Source: Dehalococcoidia bacterium
GTDB lineage: Bacteria; Chloroflexota; Dehalococcoidia; GIF9; AB-539-J10
Direction of reading: 5' to 3'
Assembly (NCBI GenBank): GCA_030612025.1
Contig: JAUWOR010000001.1
Location: 96,001 to 160,000 of the forward strand
Length of the DNA stretch: 64,000 nt
Of the stretch, positions 28,522 through 37,792 are shown one piece after another. The notes below the pieces were generated by a model. The model was not told where the DNA came from. It searched no databases and saw nothing but the letters and a program-made list of their open reading frames with translations. Both the position numbers and the translations under genes were made by a program. The first letter of the stretch is position 1, and each line of letters begins with the position of its first letter.

Positions 28522-29418
28522 ATGGCAAGACCTTTCAGAGAAATGCTTAAAACGAAGGATTTTATTGTAACCGCTGAGGCTGGGCCAGAAAAAGGGTCAA
28601 ATATCGCGAAGCTGGTTGAGCATATTGAGCTTCTCAAAGACAGGGTAGATGGTCTAAATGTGACTGATAATCAAAGCGCTGTGATGAGGTACCCTTCTCT
28701 TGGGACTTGCCTACTCATTAAGGAGCATGGCGGGGAGCCAATTCTCCAGATCACTTGCCGGGATCGGAATCGCCTGGCAATTCAAGCAGACCTTCTTTTT
28801 GCTTACTCCAGAGGAATAAATAATGTCCTTTGTCTCACCGGTGATGCTATCGACACGGGTGACCATAAAGAAGCAAAGCCCGTCTTCGACCTTGATTCAG
28901 TTCAGTTAATTCATCTTGTTCATACATTGAACTCTGGAAAAGATATGGTAGGAAACGAACTTGATGGAGGTGTTGATTTTTGTATCGGGGCATCTGCTAC
29001 TCCCTCGGCAGACCCTATCGAGCCTCAACTTCTGAAATTCCAAAAAAAACTGGATGCCGGGATGGACTTCATTCAAACTCAAGCTGTTTATGATATGGAT
29101 GAGCTCAAAAGATTCATGGAGAATTTCCATAAGATGGATCATATTGACGGGGTGAAGATTTTAGCTGGGGTAGTTCCTATCTGGGGAGCAAAGATGGCAA
29201 GATATATGAACGAAAATGTTCCCGGAATATATGTTCCTCAGTATTTAATCGACGAAATAGACCAAGCTCCTAAAGGAACAAAAGCAGCCAAAGGAATAGA
29301 AATGACTGGAAGGCTCATAAGGCAGATAAAGGAGGAGAAAATTTGTGACGGGGTTCATGTTATGGCTATTGGAAGAGAGGAAAGGGTTCCTGCGATTCTG
29401 GAAGCTGCGGGAATTTAA
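28522..29418 (+). CDS. metF: Methylenetetrahydrofolate reductase MetF (copy 3)
   Basis: NVTDNQSA, TCRDRNRLA, CLTGD, VFDLDS, FIQTQ, GVHVM. Confidence 0.93.
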   Translation: MARPFREMLKTKDFIVTAEAGPEKGSNIAKLVEHIELLKDRVDGLNVTDNQSAVMRYPSLGTCLLIKEHGGEPILQITCRDRNRLAIQADLLFAYSRGINNVLCLTGDAIDTGDHKEAKPVFDLDSVQLIHLVHTLNSGKDMVGNELDGGVDFCIGASATPSADPIEPQLLKFQKKLDAGMDFIQTQAVYDMDELKRFMENFHKMDHIDGVKILAGVVPIWGAKMARYMNENVPGIYVPQYLIDEIDQAPKGTKAAKGIEMTGRLIRQIKEEKICDGVHVMAIGREERVPAILEAAGI

Positions 29419-29424
29419 AATACC

Positions 29425-29545
29425 CTTCTGCCACCCTGAGCCCCTCGCTCATTGTCATTATGAGGGAGTGAAGTGACCGAAGAATCTCGCTCAGGGGTAA
29501 ACTCCGCGAAGGGTCGAGAGATTCTTCGCTGCGGTCAGAGCCTAC
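29425..29545. repeat. Compound REP-like element
   Basis: GAAGAATCTCGCTCAGGGGTAAACTCCGCGAAG is near-identical to the reverse complement of part of 4478-4590. Confidence 0.75.
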
Positions 29546-29550
29546 AAGGG

Positions 29551-29691
29551 AGGGTGTTTAAAAATGTAGTGCGACCCTTTAGGGTCGTGCACGAGGCTAA
29601 AGCCTCGCACTACGAAAATTTTGGGGTGAATGGGTATTAAAACTGAATGAGATAAATCTAGTTTTGAATTTGAGGCAAAATTAAACAGCCT
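29551..29691 (+). mobile_element. 141-bp MITE with internal REP doublet
   Basis: AGGGTGTTTAAAAA ... AATTAAACAGCCT termini; colinear with 19710-19850. Confidence 0.8.
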
Positions 29692-29717
29692 TAAACAAGG
29701 AGTAAGGAGGTGGGAAA

Positions 29718-30197
29718 TTGACTGTAGTCTTAAACGAGCAAGACACTAAATTCAAATATGATGTGGCTGAAGAGCCTGGCGGAGAGAATATCAAACTTTG
29801 CTTTGCCTGTGGGCTCTGCACCGCTAGTTGTCCTGTGGCAGACATTGACCCTGGATATAATCCTCGAAAGATAATCCGCATGGTTCTCCTGGGAATGAGA
29901 AAGGAAGTCCTTTCATCAAATTTGCCCTGGCTTTGCACCCAGTGCTACACCTGCCAAGCTCACTGCCCTCAGAACGTGAAATTCTCCGATGTAATGAAGG
30001 CATTAAGGAGCATGGCGGTGCGGGAAGGATATGTCCATCCTTCTTTCCTTGAGCAGATAAAAGAGATTGACTCCTTCTCGCAGAAGTCACGCCATCAAAT
30101 GGTGCTATCCGTTGTAGATAAGAAATCTGAGGAAATGAAGGTAGACCCGACTAAGCTTGCTGAGGAGGCACTGGAAAAGGAGAAGGCGAAAGTTTAG
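29718..30197 (+). CDS. hdrC: Heterodisulfide reductase subunit C-like ferredoxin
   Basis: CFACGLCTASCP...PRKIIRMVLLG...WLCTQCYTCQAHCP. Confidence 0.88.
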   Translation: MTVVLNEQDTKFKYDVAEEPGGENIKLCFACGLCTASCPVADIDPGYNPRKIIRMVLLGMRKEVLSSNLPWLCTQCYTCQAHCPQNVKFSDVMKALRSMAVREGYVHPSFLEQIKEIDSFSQKSRHQMVLSVVDKKSEEMKVDPTKLAEEALEKEKAKV

Positions 30198-30209
30198 GGA
30201 GGTAAAGCT

Positions 30210-30635
30210 ATGGAAGCTAAGGATAAGCCTATAGGAGCAGCACTGGTGGTTGGGGGGGGAATCGGAGGGATTCAAGCAGCACTCGATTTAGCCGAGTCCG
30301 GGTATAAGGTCTACTTGGTGGAAAAATCTCCCGCCATCGGCGGAGTTATGGCTCAGCTTGATAAGACCTTTCCTACTTTAGACTGTTCCATGTGTATCCT
30401 CTCCCCAAAACTTATCGAATGTGGAAGACACCCTAATATTGAACTCTTAACCTATTCGGACATCCTGGATGTTAAAGGAGAGCCGGGGAAATTTAAGGTA
30501 AAAGTCAGGAAGCGCGCAAGGTCTATCGATCTTGAGAAATGTACCGGCTGCGGTATTTGTTACAACAGTTGTCCTGTGAAATATAAGCCTCAACTTAAAG
30601 AAGGAGGATATCATGGTCACGGTGGAACTCGATAA
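30210..30635 (+). CDS. HdrA N-terminal segment (split gene)
   Basis: VVGGGIGG, EKSPAIGG.MAQLDKTFPTLDCSMCILSPK, CTGCGICYNSCP, then stops. Confidence 0.88.
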   Translation: MEAKDKPIGAALVVGGGIGGIQAALDLAESGYKVYLVEKSPAIGGVMAQLDKTFPTLDCSMCILSPKLIECGRHPNIELLTYSDILDVKGEPGKFKVKVRKRARSIDLEKCTGCGICYNSCPVKYKPQLKEGGYHGHGGTR

Positions 30636-31074
30636 AGTTGATGAAATCATAGATAGATATGTAGGTGAAGAAGGGATTTTGATTCAATTGTTGTTGGATA
30701 TACAGAGCGAATTAAATTGGATCCCTAAGGAAGCCTTGGAGCGAATAAGCGAGAGGCTCAAGGTGCCAGTAAGCCAGATATATCGTATAGCCAGCTTTTA
30801 TAAAGCCATGAGCCTGACCCCAAGAGGGAAGCATATAATAAATGTCTGCCTCGGCACTGCCTGCCACGTGCGAGGAGGTCCGAGGATTATGGATAGGGCA
30901 AAGCAGATTTTGGGCATAGACGCCGGAGAGACAACCCCGGATATGCAGTTCACTCTGGAAAGGGTTAATTGCCTCGGCTGTTGCGCCTTAGGGCCAGTGA
31001 TGGTAGTTGATAGAGATTACCATGGCAAGATAACACCAGCAAAGGTAAAAGAGATTATCGAGACCTGTGATTAG
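30613..31074 (+). CDS. NuoE/HydC-like [2Fe-2S] subunit
   Basis: VCLGTACHVRG, VNCLGCCALGP. Confidence 0.93.
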   Translation: MVTVELDKVDEIIDRYVGEEGILIQLLLDIQSELNWIPKEALERISERLKVPVSQIYRIASFYKAMSLTPRGKHIINVCLGTACHVRGGPRIMDRAKQILGIDAGETTPDMQFTLERVNCLGCCALGPVMVVDRDYHGKITPAKVKEIIETCD

Positions 31075-31081
31075 GGGGGCT

Positions 31082-33004
31082 ATGCCAAAATTAAATTCAC
31101 CTGCTGAACTGGAGAAGCTTAGGCAAGATATATTGTCTAAAAGGGATCCTAACAAGCGCTGCATTGCTATATGCGCTGGTACTGGCTGCCTTGCTCTTGG
31201 TTGCGGCAAAGTTATCACGGCCTTTAAAGAAGAAGTTAGAAAACAGGGTTTGGAAGGCAAGATAGACATTAGGGAGACAGGATGTCCTGGCTTTTGTGAA
31301 AACGGCACTGTAGTTACTATTTATCCTGAGGGGATTTTCTATATAAAAGTGATGCCGGAAGATGCCACTGAGATCATCTCGCAAACTATAATTGAGAAAA
31401 AGGTAATCGAACGTTTGCTTTATGTCGATCCCGCCACAAATGAAAAGGTGGCTCATGAGAAGGACGTCCCTTTCTACAAATATCAAACACGTATTTTGAT
31501 TGGTAATAACTCTAAGCTTGATCCTAAAAGCATGGATGATTATATTGCTCTTGGTGGCTATAGTTCCTTAGCCAAAGCACTTTCCCATATGACACCTGAG
31601 CAAGTCTTAGAGGAAGTAAAGAAATCGAACATTAGGGGCAGGGGAGGAGGAGGATTTCCCGCGGGAAGGAAGTGGGAGAGTGTACGTAATGCACCTGGAG
31701 AACCTAAGTATGTAATAGTCAACTGCGATGAGGGAGACCCCGGGGCTTTTATGAATAGAGCATTAATGGAAGGAAATCCTCATAGTGTGCTTGAAGGCTT
31801 AACTATCGGAGCTTATGCTATAGGTTCCCACGAGGGCTTCATTTATGTTCGTGCTGAGTATCCTTTGGCGGTGGAAAATGTTGGTATTGCTATCAGGCAA
31901 GCTGAGAAATACGGCCTTCTAGGCGAGAATATCCTTGGCTCAGGGTTTAACTTCGAAGTAAAGGTGCATCGAGGTGCGGGAGCCTTTGTCTCCGGTGAAT
32001 CAAGCGCCCTAATGACGGCCATAGAGGGGAGAGTAGGGGAGCCCAGGCCCAAGTACGTTCATACCTCCGAGAAGGGCATTTGGGACAGTCCCAGTTGTCT
32101 CAATAATGTGGAGACTTGGGCTAATGTACCTCTCATCATCAATAATGGAGCTGATTGGTTTGATTCCATTGGGAGTGAGAGGAATACAGGGACTAAGATA
32201 TTCTCTTTAGTGGGTAAGGTTAATAACACGGGGTTAGTGGAAGTGCCTCTAGGTACCTCCCTACAGCACATTATCTATAAAATCGGTGGTGGTATCCCAG
32301 GAGGCAAGAAGTTTAAGGCAGTTCAAACCGGCGGCCCGTCCGGAGGTTGTATCCCTGAAAAATTCCTCGATGCCCCTGTGGATTATGACGAACTCGCCAA
32401 GCTGGGCGCAATAATGGGTTCTGGTGGCATGATTGTCATGGATGAAGATACTTGCATGGTTGACACCGCGAGATATTTCCTCGATTTCCTCGCCGATGAA
32501 TCGTGTGGAAAATGCACCCCATGCCGTGAGGGTATTAGACAAATGTTAGGGATTTTGACTGACATCTGTGAAGGAAGAGGTAAGGAAGGGGATATCGAGC
32601 TCCTAGAAGAGTTAGCTGAAGTAGTTAAGGATACCTCACTCTGTGCCTTGGGGGGCACTGCACCTAATCCGATTTTAACCACCCTTCACTATTTTAGGGA
32701 TGAGTATAAAGCACACATTGAACAAAAGAAATGCCCCGCTTTTGTTTGCAAGGAATTGCTCTCATATTATATTGACCCAGCTAAATGCCAGGCTTGCCTG
32801 ATCTGTCTGAGAAACTGCCCTACAGGTGCCATTGATGGAGGCAAAGGGAAAATTCATGTGATTGACCAGAGCAAGTGCACTAAATGCGGCACCTGTTTTG
32901 ACATCTGTCCCGATCGCTTTAATGCCGTAGCCAGGATCTCTGGTGAGCCTGTCCCCCCACCACCTTCAGAAGAAGAAAGGGTTATTGTTAGGGTTGAAAA
33001 ATAG
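31082..33004 (+). CDS. NuoF/HydB-like FMN/NAD(P)H-binding subunit with extra FeS domains
   Basis: N-terminal [2Fe-2S] (CAGTGC..GCPGFC), RGRGGGGFP, DEGDPGAFM, GGPSGG, ESCGKCTPCREG, C-terminal 2x[4Fe-4S]. Confidence 0.93.
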   Translation: MPKLNSPAELEKLRQDILSKRDPNKRCIAICAGTGCLALGCGKVITAFKEEVRKQGLEGKIDIRETGCPGFCENGTVVTIYPEGIFYIKVMPEDATEIISQTIIEKKVIERLLYVDPATNEKVAHEKDVPFYKYQTRILIGNNSKLDPKSMDDYIALGGYSSLAKALSHMTPEQVLEEVKKSNIRGRGGGGFPAGRKWESVRNAPGEPKYVIVNCDEGDPGAFMNRALMEGNPHSVLEGLTIGAYAIGSHEGFIYVRAEYPLAVENVGIAIRQAEKYGLLGENILGSGFNFEVKVHRGAGAFVSGESSALMTAIEGRVGEPRPKYVHTSEKGIWDSPSCLNNVETWANVPLIINNGADWFDSIGSERNTGTKIFSLVGKVNNTGLVEVPLGTSLQHIIYKIGGGIPGGKKFKAVQTGGPSGGCIPEKFLDAPVDYDELAKLGAIMGSGGMIVMDEDTCMVDTARYFLDFLADESCGKCTPCREGIRQMLGILTDICEGRGKEGDIELLEELAEVVKDTSLCALGGTAPNPILTTLHYFRDEYKAHIEQKKCPAFVCKELLSYYIDPAKCQACLICLRNCPTGAIDGGKGKIHVIDQSKCTKCGTCFDICPDRFNAVARISGEPVPPPPSEEERVIVRVEK

Positions 33005-33013
33005 GAGACTGCC

Positions 33014-36000
33014 ATGGAAGGAAAAGAAATCACTTTAGAGATTGATAGCAGGGAAGTAAAAGCCAGGGAAGGGATGACGATTTTGGAGGCGGCGAAAAGT
33101 GCAGGCATTAACATACCTACACTTTGCTATCATCCTGCCTTAACCCCTTTCGGTGCTTGCCGCATTTGCAGTGTAGAGATTGTGCAAAGAGGAAGGTCGA
33201 GGATAGTTACCTCTTGCGTCTACCCTGTTGAGGAAGGGCTGGTGGTTAAGACCAAAAGTGATAGGGTAATAAGGGATCGCAAGATGCTCATTGAGCTTAT
33301 GCTCGCTCACGCCCCTAAGGCTAAGGTGATACAGGAGCTAGCCCATGAGTATGGTGTTGAGAGGACAAGATTTAAGATAGAAGATGAAGAAAACCTTTGT
33401 ATCCTTTGCGGTTTATGCGCTCGAATCTGTGAGGAGAGGATGGGGAAAAGTGCGATTAACTTTGTTGGAAGGGGAGTTAACAGAAAAGTAGATACTCCCT
33501 TCCATATTCAGACAGAAGATTGCATGGCCTGCGGAGCCTGTGCCTTTGTCTGCCCTACAGGGGCCATTAAACTTGAGGATATTACTAGGTATAAACTTTT
33601 GCCAATCCCTTCAGAGTTTGATCAAGGTTTAAGCTCGCGATCCCCAATTTATATCCCCTATCCTCAAGGAGTTCCTAATGTTCCGGTGATAGACCGAGAT
33701 AAATGTGTTCATTTCCTTACCGGGGAGTGTGGAATTTGCCAAGAAGTCTGCCAGGCAGGGGCAATTGATTACAAGCAGGAAGATGAGATTGTTGAAATAG
33801 ATGTGGGGGCAATAATTTTAGCCCCGGGATTTGATGAATTTGACCCAAGCCCTCTTTTCAATTACGGATACAGGAGATATCCCAATGTAGTAACCAGTAT
33901 AGAATTCGAGAGGATGCTTTCAGCTTCAGGACCATTTCAAGGTGAGCTGCGCAGGCCCTTTGATAGAAAGCCGCCTCAAAGGATAGCCTGGATTCAATGC
34001 ATTGGTTCGAGGGATGAAAGCTTGGGTTGCGGATATTGCTCTTCCGTGTGCTGCACCTATGCCATAAAGGAAGCTATTGTGGCCAAAGAGCACGTCCCCT
34101 CTGAGTTAGAGGAAACTATCTTCTTCATGGATATAAGAACACACGGGAAGGACTTTGATAAATTTTATGAGCGCGGGAAGGAAGAAGGAATAGACTTCGT
34201 AAGGGCGAAGGTCTATGGAGTTGAAGAAGTAGATGGCACAGGGAATTTGAGCCTCAAGTATGTCGGTGAAGATGATAGGCCAAGCACGGATGAGTTTGAT
34301 TTAGTTGTCCTATCTGTAGGGCTTAGGCCCTCTCAGGAAGCTATTGAACTTGGCAAGAGGCTCGGCATCCAGCTTAATAAATATGGATTTTGCCACACAA
34401 GTGCATTTTCCCCCGTGGAAACCTCCAAGCCAGGGGTATTTGTCTGCGGTGCTTTTCAAGGCCCGAAGGACATCCCGGAAACAGTGATGCAGGCAAGTGG
34501 GGCAGCGGGAAGCGCTTCTACCTTGCTTGCTCCTGCCCGAAATACCCTTACCATAAGGAAAGAATACCCGCCGGAAAAGGATGTCACCGGGGAGGAGCCC
34601 AGGATTGGGGTGTTTATCTGCCACTGTGGTATCAACATCGGTGGATATGTGGATGTTCCTGAGGTTACTGAATATGTTAAAACTCTGCCCAATGTAGCCT
34701 ATGCTGAAAATAACCTCTACACCTGCTCTCAAGATACCCAAGAGAAAATCAAGGCAATGATCGAGGAACATAATCTGAATCGAGTGGTGGTGGCATCCTG
34801 CACTCCCAGAACCCACGAGCCCCTGTTCCGAGAAACCCTCAAAGAGGCAGGATTAAACCAATACCTCTTTGAGATGTCCAATATCCGCGACCAGTGCTCC
34901 TGGGTCCATATGCATGAGCCGGAGAAAGCGACTGAGAAGGCGAAGGATTTGGTAAGGATGGCGGTGGCAAAGGCAAGGCTGATAGAGCCACTAAAACCTT
35001 TGTCTACCCCAGTTAACCACTCCGCTTTGGTCATTGGGGGAGGTGTGGCAGGGATGATAAGCGCTTTAACCTTAGCGGATCAAGCTTTCGAAGTCCATCT
35101 TATCGAGAGAGAAAGCGAACTCGGCGGGGTGGTGAAAAGAATACATTATACCCTTGATAGTGAGGATGCTCAGATTTTTCTCGCCGATTTAATTAGAAGG
35201 GTTAAGGAACATCCTAAGATTAGGGTCTATTACAATACTTGGATTGTAGATGCCTACGGATATGTGGGGAACTTCACCACCGAGATAATGAGATATCGCG
35301 GCAGGGTTATAGAGAAGATAGACCACGGCGTGACCATAATTGCCACTGGGGCTCAGGAATATAAACCGAAGGAATACCTTTACGGAAGAGACCCACGGGT
35401 GCTCACTCAGCTTGAGCTTGAGGAGGAGATAGCGAGAGGGAATCCAGATATAGTAGGCTGTGACAACCTGGTAATGATCCAGTGCGTAGGCTCCCGAAAT
35501 GGGGAGCGCCCATATTGTAGCCGGGTATGCTGCAACCAGGCAATTAAGAATGCCCTAAAGCTTAAAGAGACAAAGCCCGAAATGAATATCTATATCCTCT
35601 ATCGGGATATGAGGACATATGGATTCTATGAGGAATATTATCAGGAGGCAAGACAAAAGGGGGTTATCTTCCTGAGGTATGATCCAGAAGATAAACCTCG
35701 GCTAAGTCAAGAAAGGAAGAATGGACGCTTTTTGATACGAGTTGAAGGGAAGGACCCGGTGCTCGGGGAGGAAGTAGCTATTGATGCCGATATTATTGCT
35801 CTAGGCGTGGCGATGGTTCCCCCGGAAGAGGCAAGAGAGCTTGCCATGCTTTACAAAGTGCCTTTAAACGAGGATGGCTTCTTCCTGGAAGCACATGTAA
35901 AACTTCGCCCGGTGGACTTCGCCACAGACGGAGTCTTTCTCTGTGGGCTTGCTCATGCTCCCAAGTCAATCAAAGAGAGCATTGCTCAGGCTAAAGCAGC

Positions 36001-36283
36001 CGCTTCTCGAGCAACCACTATACTAGCCAAAGAGACTATTACGGCTGAGGGCATTGTTTGCTCTGTAAATGAGGATATCTGCAGCGGTTGTGGCATCTGT
36101 GAAGTTCTTTGCCCTTACGGGGCTATCGTGGTAAATAAGGAAAGAAAGGTAGCCGAGGTCAATGAGGCTCTGTGCAAAGGATGCGGCACCTGCTGCGCTG
36201 CCTGCCCTTCAGGAGCTGCCCAACAGAGGGGCTTCACGAGAGACCAAATTGCATCTATGGTTGAAACTGCTTTGGTCGTTTAA
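33014..36283 (+). CDS. NuoG/HydA-N-like FeS domain fused to the remainder of a double HdrA
   Basis: IPTLC..GACRIC..TSC [2Fe-2S] and 2x[4Fe-4S]; then SEFDQGL..PIYIPYPQ, QCIGSRD..YCSSVCC, RIGVFICHCG, GGGVAG, QCVGSR..YCSRVCC, C-terminal ferredoxin. Confidence 0.9.
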   Translation: MEGKEITLEIDSREVKAREGMTILEAAKSAGINIPTLCYHPALTPFGACRICSVEIVQRGRSRIVTSCVYPVEEGLVVKTKSDRVIRDRKMLIELMLAHAPKAKVIQELAHEYGVERTRFKIEDEENLCILCGLCARICEERMGKSAINFVGRGVNRKVDTPFHIQTEDCMACGACAFVCPTGAIKLEDITRYKLLPIPSEFDQGLSSRSPIYIPYPQGVPNVPVIDRDKCVHFLTGECGICQEVCQAGAIDYKQEDEIVEIDVGAIILAPGFDEFDPSPLFNYGYRRYPNVVTSIEFERMLSASGPFQGELRRPFDRKPPQRIAWIQCIGSRDESLGCGYCSSVCCTYAIKEAIVAKEHVPSELEETIFFMDIRTHGKDFDKFYERGKEEGIDFVRAKVYGVEEVDGTGNLSLKYVGEDDRPSTDEFDLVVLSVGLRPSQEAIELGKRLGIQLNKYGFCHTSAFSPVETSKPGVFVCGAFQGPKDIPETVMQASGAAGSASTLLAPARNTLTIRKEYPPEKDVTGEEPRIGVFICHCGINIGGYVDVPEVTEYVKTLPNVAYAENNLYTCSQDTQEKIKAMIEEHNLNRVVVASCTPRTHEPLFRETLKEAGLNQYLFEMSNIRDQCSWVHMHEPEKATEKAKDLVRMAVAKARLIEPLKPLSTPVNHSALVIGGGVAGMISALTLADQAFEVHLIERESELGGVVKRIHYTLDSEDAQIFLADLIRRVKEHPKIRVYYNTWIVDAYGYVGNFTTEIMRYRGRVIEKIDHGVTIIATGAQEYKPKEYLYGRDPRVLTQLELEEEIARGNPDIVGCDNLVMIQCVGSRNGERPYCSRVCCNQAIKNALKLKETKPEMNIYILYRDMRTYGFYEEYYQEARQKGVIFLRYDPEDKPRLSQERKNGRFLIRVEGKDPVLGEEVAIDADIIALGVAMVPPEEARELAMLYKVPLNEDGFFLEAHVKLRPVDFATDGVFLCGLAHAPKSIKESIAQAKAAASRATTILAKETITAEGIVCSVNEDICSGCGICEVLCPYGAIVVNKERKVAEVNEALCKGCGTCCAACPSGAAQQRGFTRDQIASMVETALVV

Positions 36284-36285
36284 AA

Positions 36286-36705
36286 ATGAACAAGGAAGAA
36301 TTTGAACCAAAGATATTAGCTTTTTGCTGTAACTGGTGTGCTTATGCCGGTGCTGACCTCGCTGGTGTATCACGAATGCAGTATCCACCGAATATAAGGA
36401 TCATTAGGGTTATGTGTTCTGGTAGGGTGGAACCTGAGTTCGTTCTTAAAGCTTTTACCCTTGGTGCCGATGGGGTGCTAGTCCTTGGCTGCCACCCTGG
36501 AGATTGCCATTACTTATCTGGTAACTATAAAACAATGAGGAGAGTGCCGTTAACAAAGAGGCTTTTAGAACAGTTTGGGGTAGAACAGGAGAGATTGAAG
36601 TTGGAGTGGGTTTCGGCAGCTGAGGGAGCAAGATTTGCGCAAGTAGTAACTGATTTTACCAGCAAGGTAAAGGAATTGGGACCAAATCCACTAAAAGGAA
36701 GTTAA
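36286..36705 (+). CDS. mvhD: MvhD [2Fe-2S] subunit
   Basis: AFCCNWCAYAGADLAG, RVMCSGRV, GADGV..GCHPGDCHY..GN. Confidence 0.95.
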   Translation: MNKEEFEPKILAFCCNWCAYAGADLAGVSRMQYPPNIRIIRVMCSGRVEPEFVLKAFTLGADGVLVLGCHPGDCHYLSGNYKTMRRVPLTKRLLEQFGVEQERLKLEWVSAAEGARFAQVVTDFTSKVKELGPNPLKGS

Positions 36706-37166
36706 AAGGCTGACTCAAAATATCTCCTAACAAATTTTCCTGTAATCGTTCAGCCACCCTATGTCTCCCTGAGCCTTTCTCAAAGCGAACTGATAACTCT
36801 GCTCTCAGGACTGGAAAATCCTATCCTTAGCCAACTAATCTAGAAGAGAGTTAAGATAATCTTATTACCTTTATGGTGGAGCTGGGGTTACAATAGGTAG
36901 AACTTTTGAATTAGCCTTCACTCTAACCATGTAGCCACAGGACTCTTACGGCACATAATTGTAGCAACAGGGCGCCTAGCTTGCAACTAACAAACAGTGA
37001 ACATTCTGGACTTTTGTGTAACTGGATAACAAAATAAGCTATTGTTATCCACGTCTTGAAAAATTCTCTGTACCCTCCATGCATGTAAATCAATCTGTTA
37101 AAAAGGCAGAGGCAAGCGCTTACATCCTTGCATGGCTTAGTTTCCTTTGTCTTATTCCTGAATTTC

Positions 37167-37415
37167 TTATATAAATATATATACGTAATCCGCACGACCA
37201 CCGCCGCCAGTTCCACCTTTCATTCCTTTTGCTATGAAATAAGTTTCAACATTTCTTGCTATCGTTTCTGTATCAGCGTCCCATTGGTACCAAACTGATG
37301 GATTATCATGTTGCATTCTGCGGCGCGCAGGGTCATCTGTTACACCTATCGTCCATGCAGAATAATTCCCGACTATTTTTTCAATTGCCGATTTTATATA
37401 TGACTCAGAAGACAT
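37167..37415 (-). CDS. Small hypothetical protein, weakly GIY-YIG-like
   Basis: WTIGVTDDPARRRMQH...ARNVETYF...YVYIF; SD GGAGGT lies in the end of the upstream gene. Confidence 0.7.
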   Translation of the reverse strand: MSSESYIKSAIEKIVGNYSAWTIGVTDDPARRRMQHDNPSVWYQWDADTETIARNVETYFIAKGMKGGTGGGGRADYVYIFI

Positions 37416-37420
37416 CTGTA

Positions 37421-37612
37421 TTACCTCCCTTTTTTACTTTTTCTACTTCGCCTAGAGGGATCGTACCAATACCACTTATATCCAGGTACTTCAGGCGGTT
37501 TTGGTGGTCTAGGAAGTTTCGGCAATTCAGGCAATTTTGGTAACGAAGGTAGCTTCGGAAGCTGCGGTTTAGCTACTGGCCAGTTCGGATCTTTTCTCAT
37601 TTTCCAAGCCAT
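37421..37612 (-). CDS. 63-aa Pro/Lys-rich peptide
   Basis: AGGAGGTG upstream of ATG 37612; (LPx)n repeats. Confidence 0.65.
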   Translation of the reverse strand: MAWKMRKDPNWPVAKPQLPKLPSLPKLPELPKLPRPPKPPEVPGYKWYWYDPSRRSRKSKKGR

Positions 37613-37792
37613 AACATCACCTCCTAACAACAATATAGCACGATATATGTCAAATGGATAGCTAAACCCACATATCACAAAACGTCAGGATGTGCAATCA
37701 GCGAACACAAAGTTTGAACCTGGTTGATGGTCAGTGATCAGTCTCCCGCAGAGAAGGTTTTTGGAAGTTTGTTATAATGTAGCAGGAGGTGA

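Noticed and set aside
16981-36705. Selenocysteine in the hydrogenase, MvhD or HdrA genes
   Set aside because: The L2 motif is encoded TGC..TGT (DPCLAC), and the MvhD/HdrA frames contain no in-frame TGA at Cys positions.
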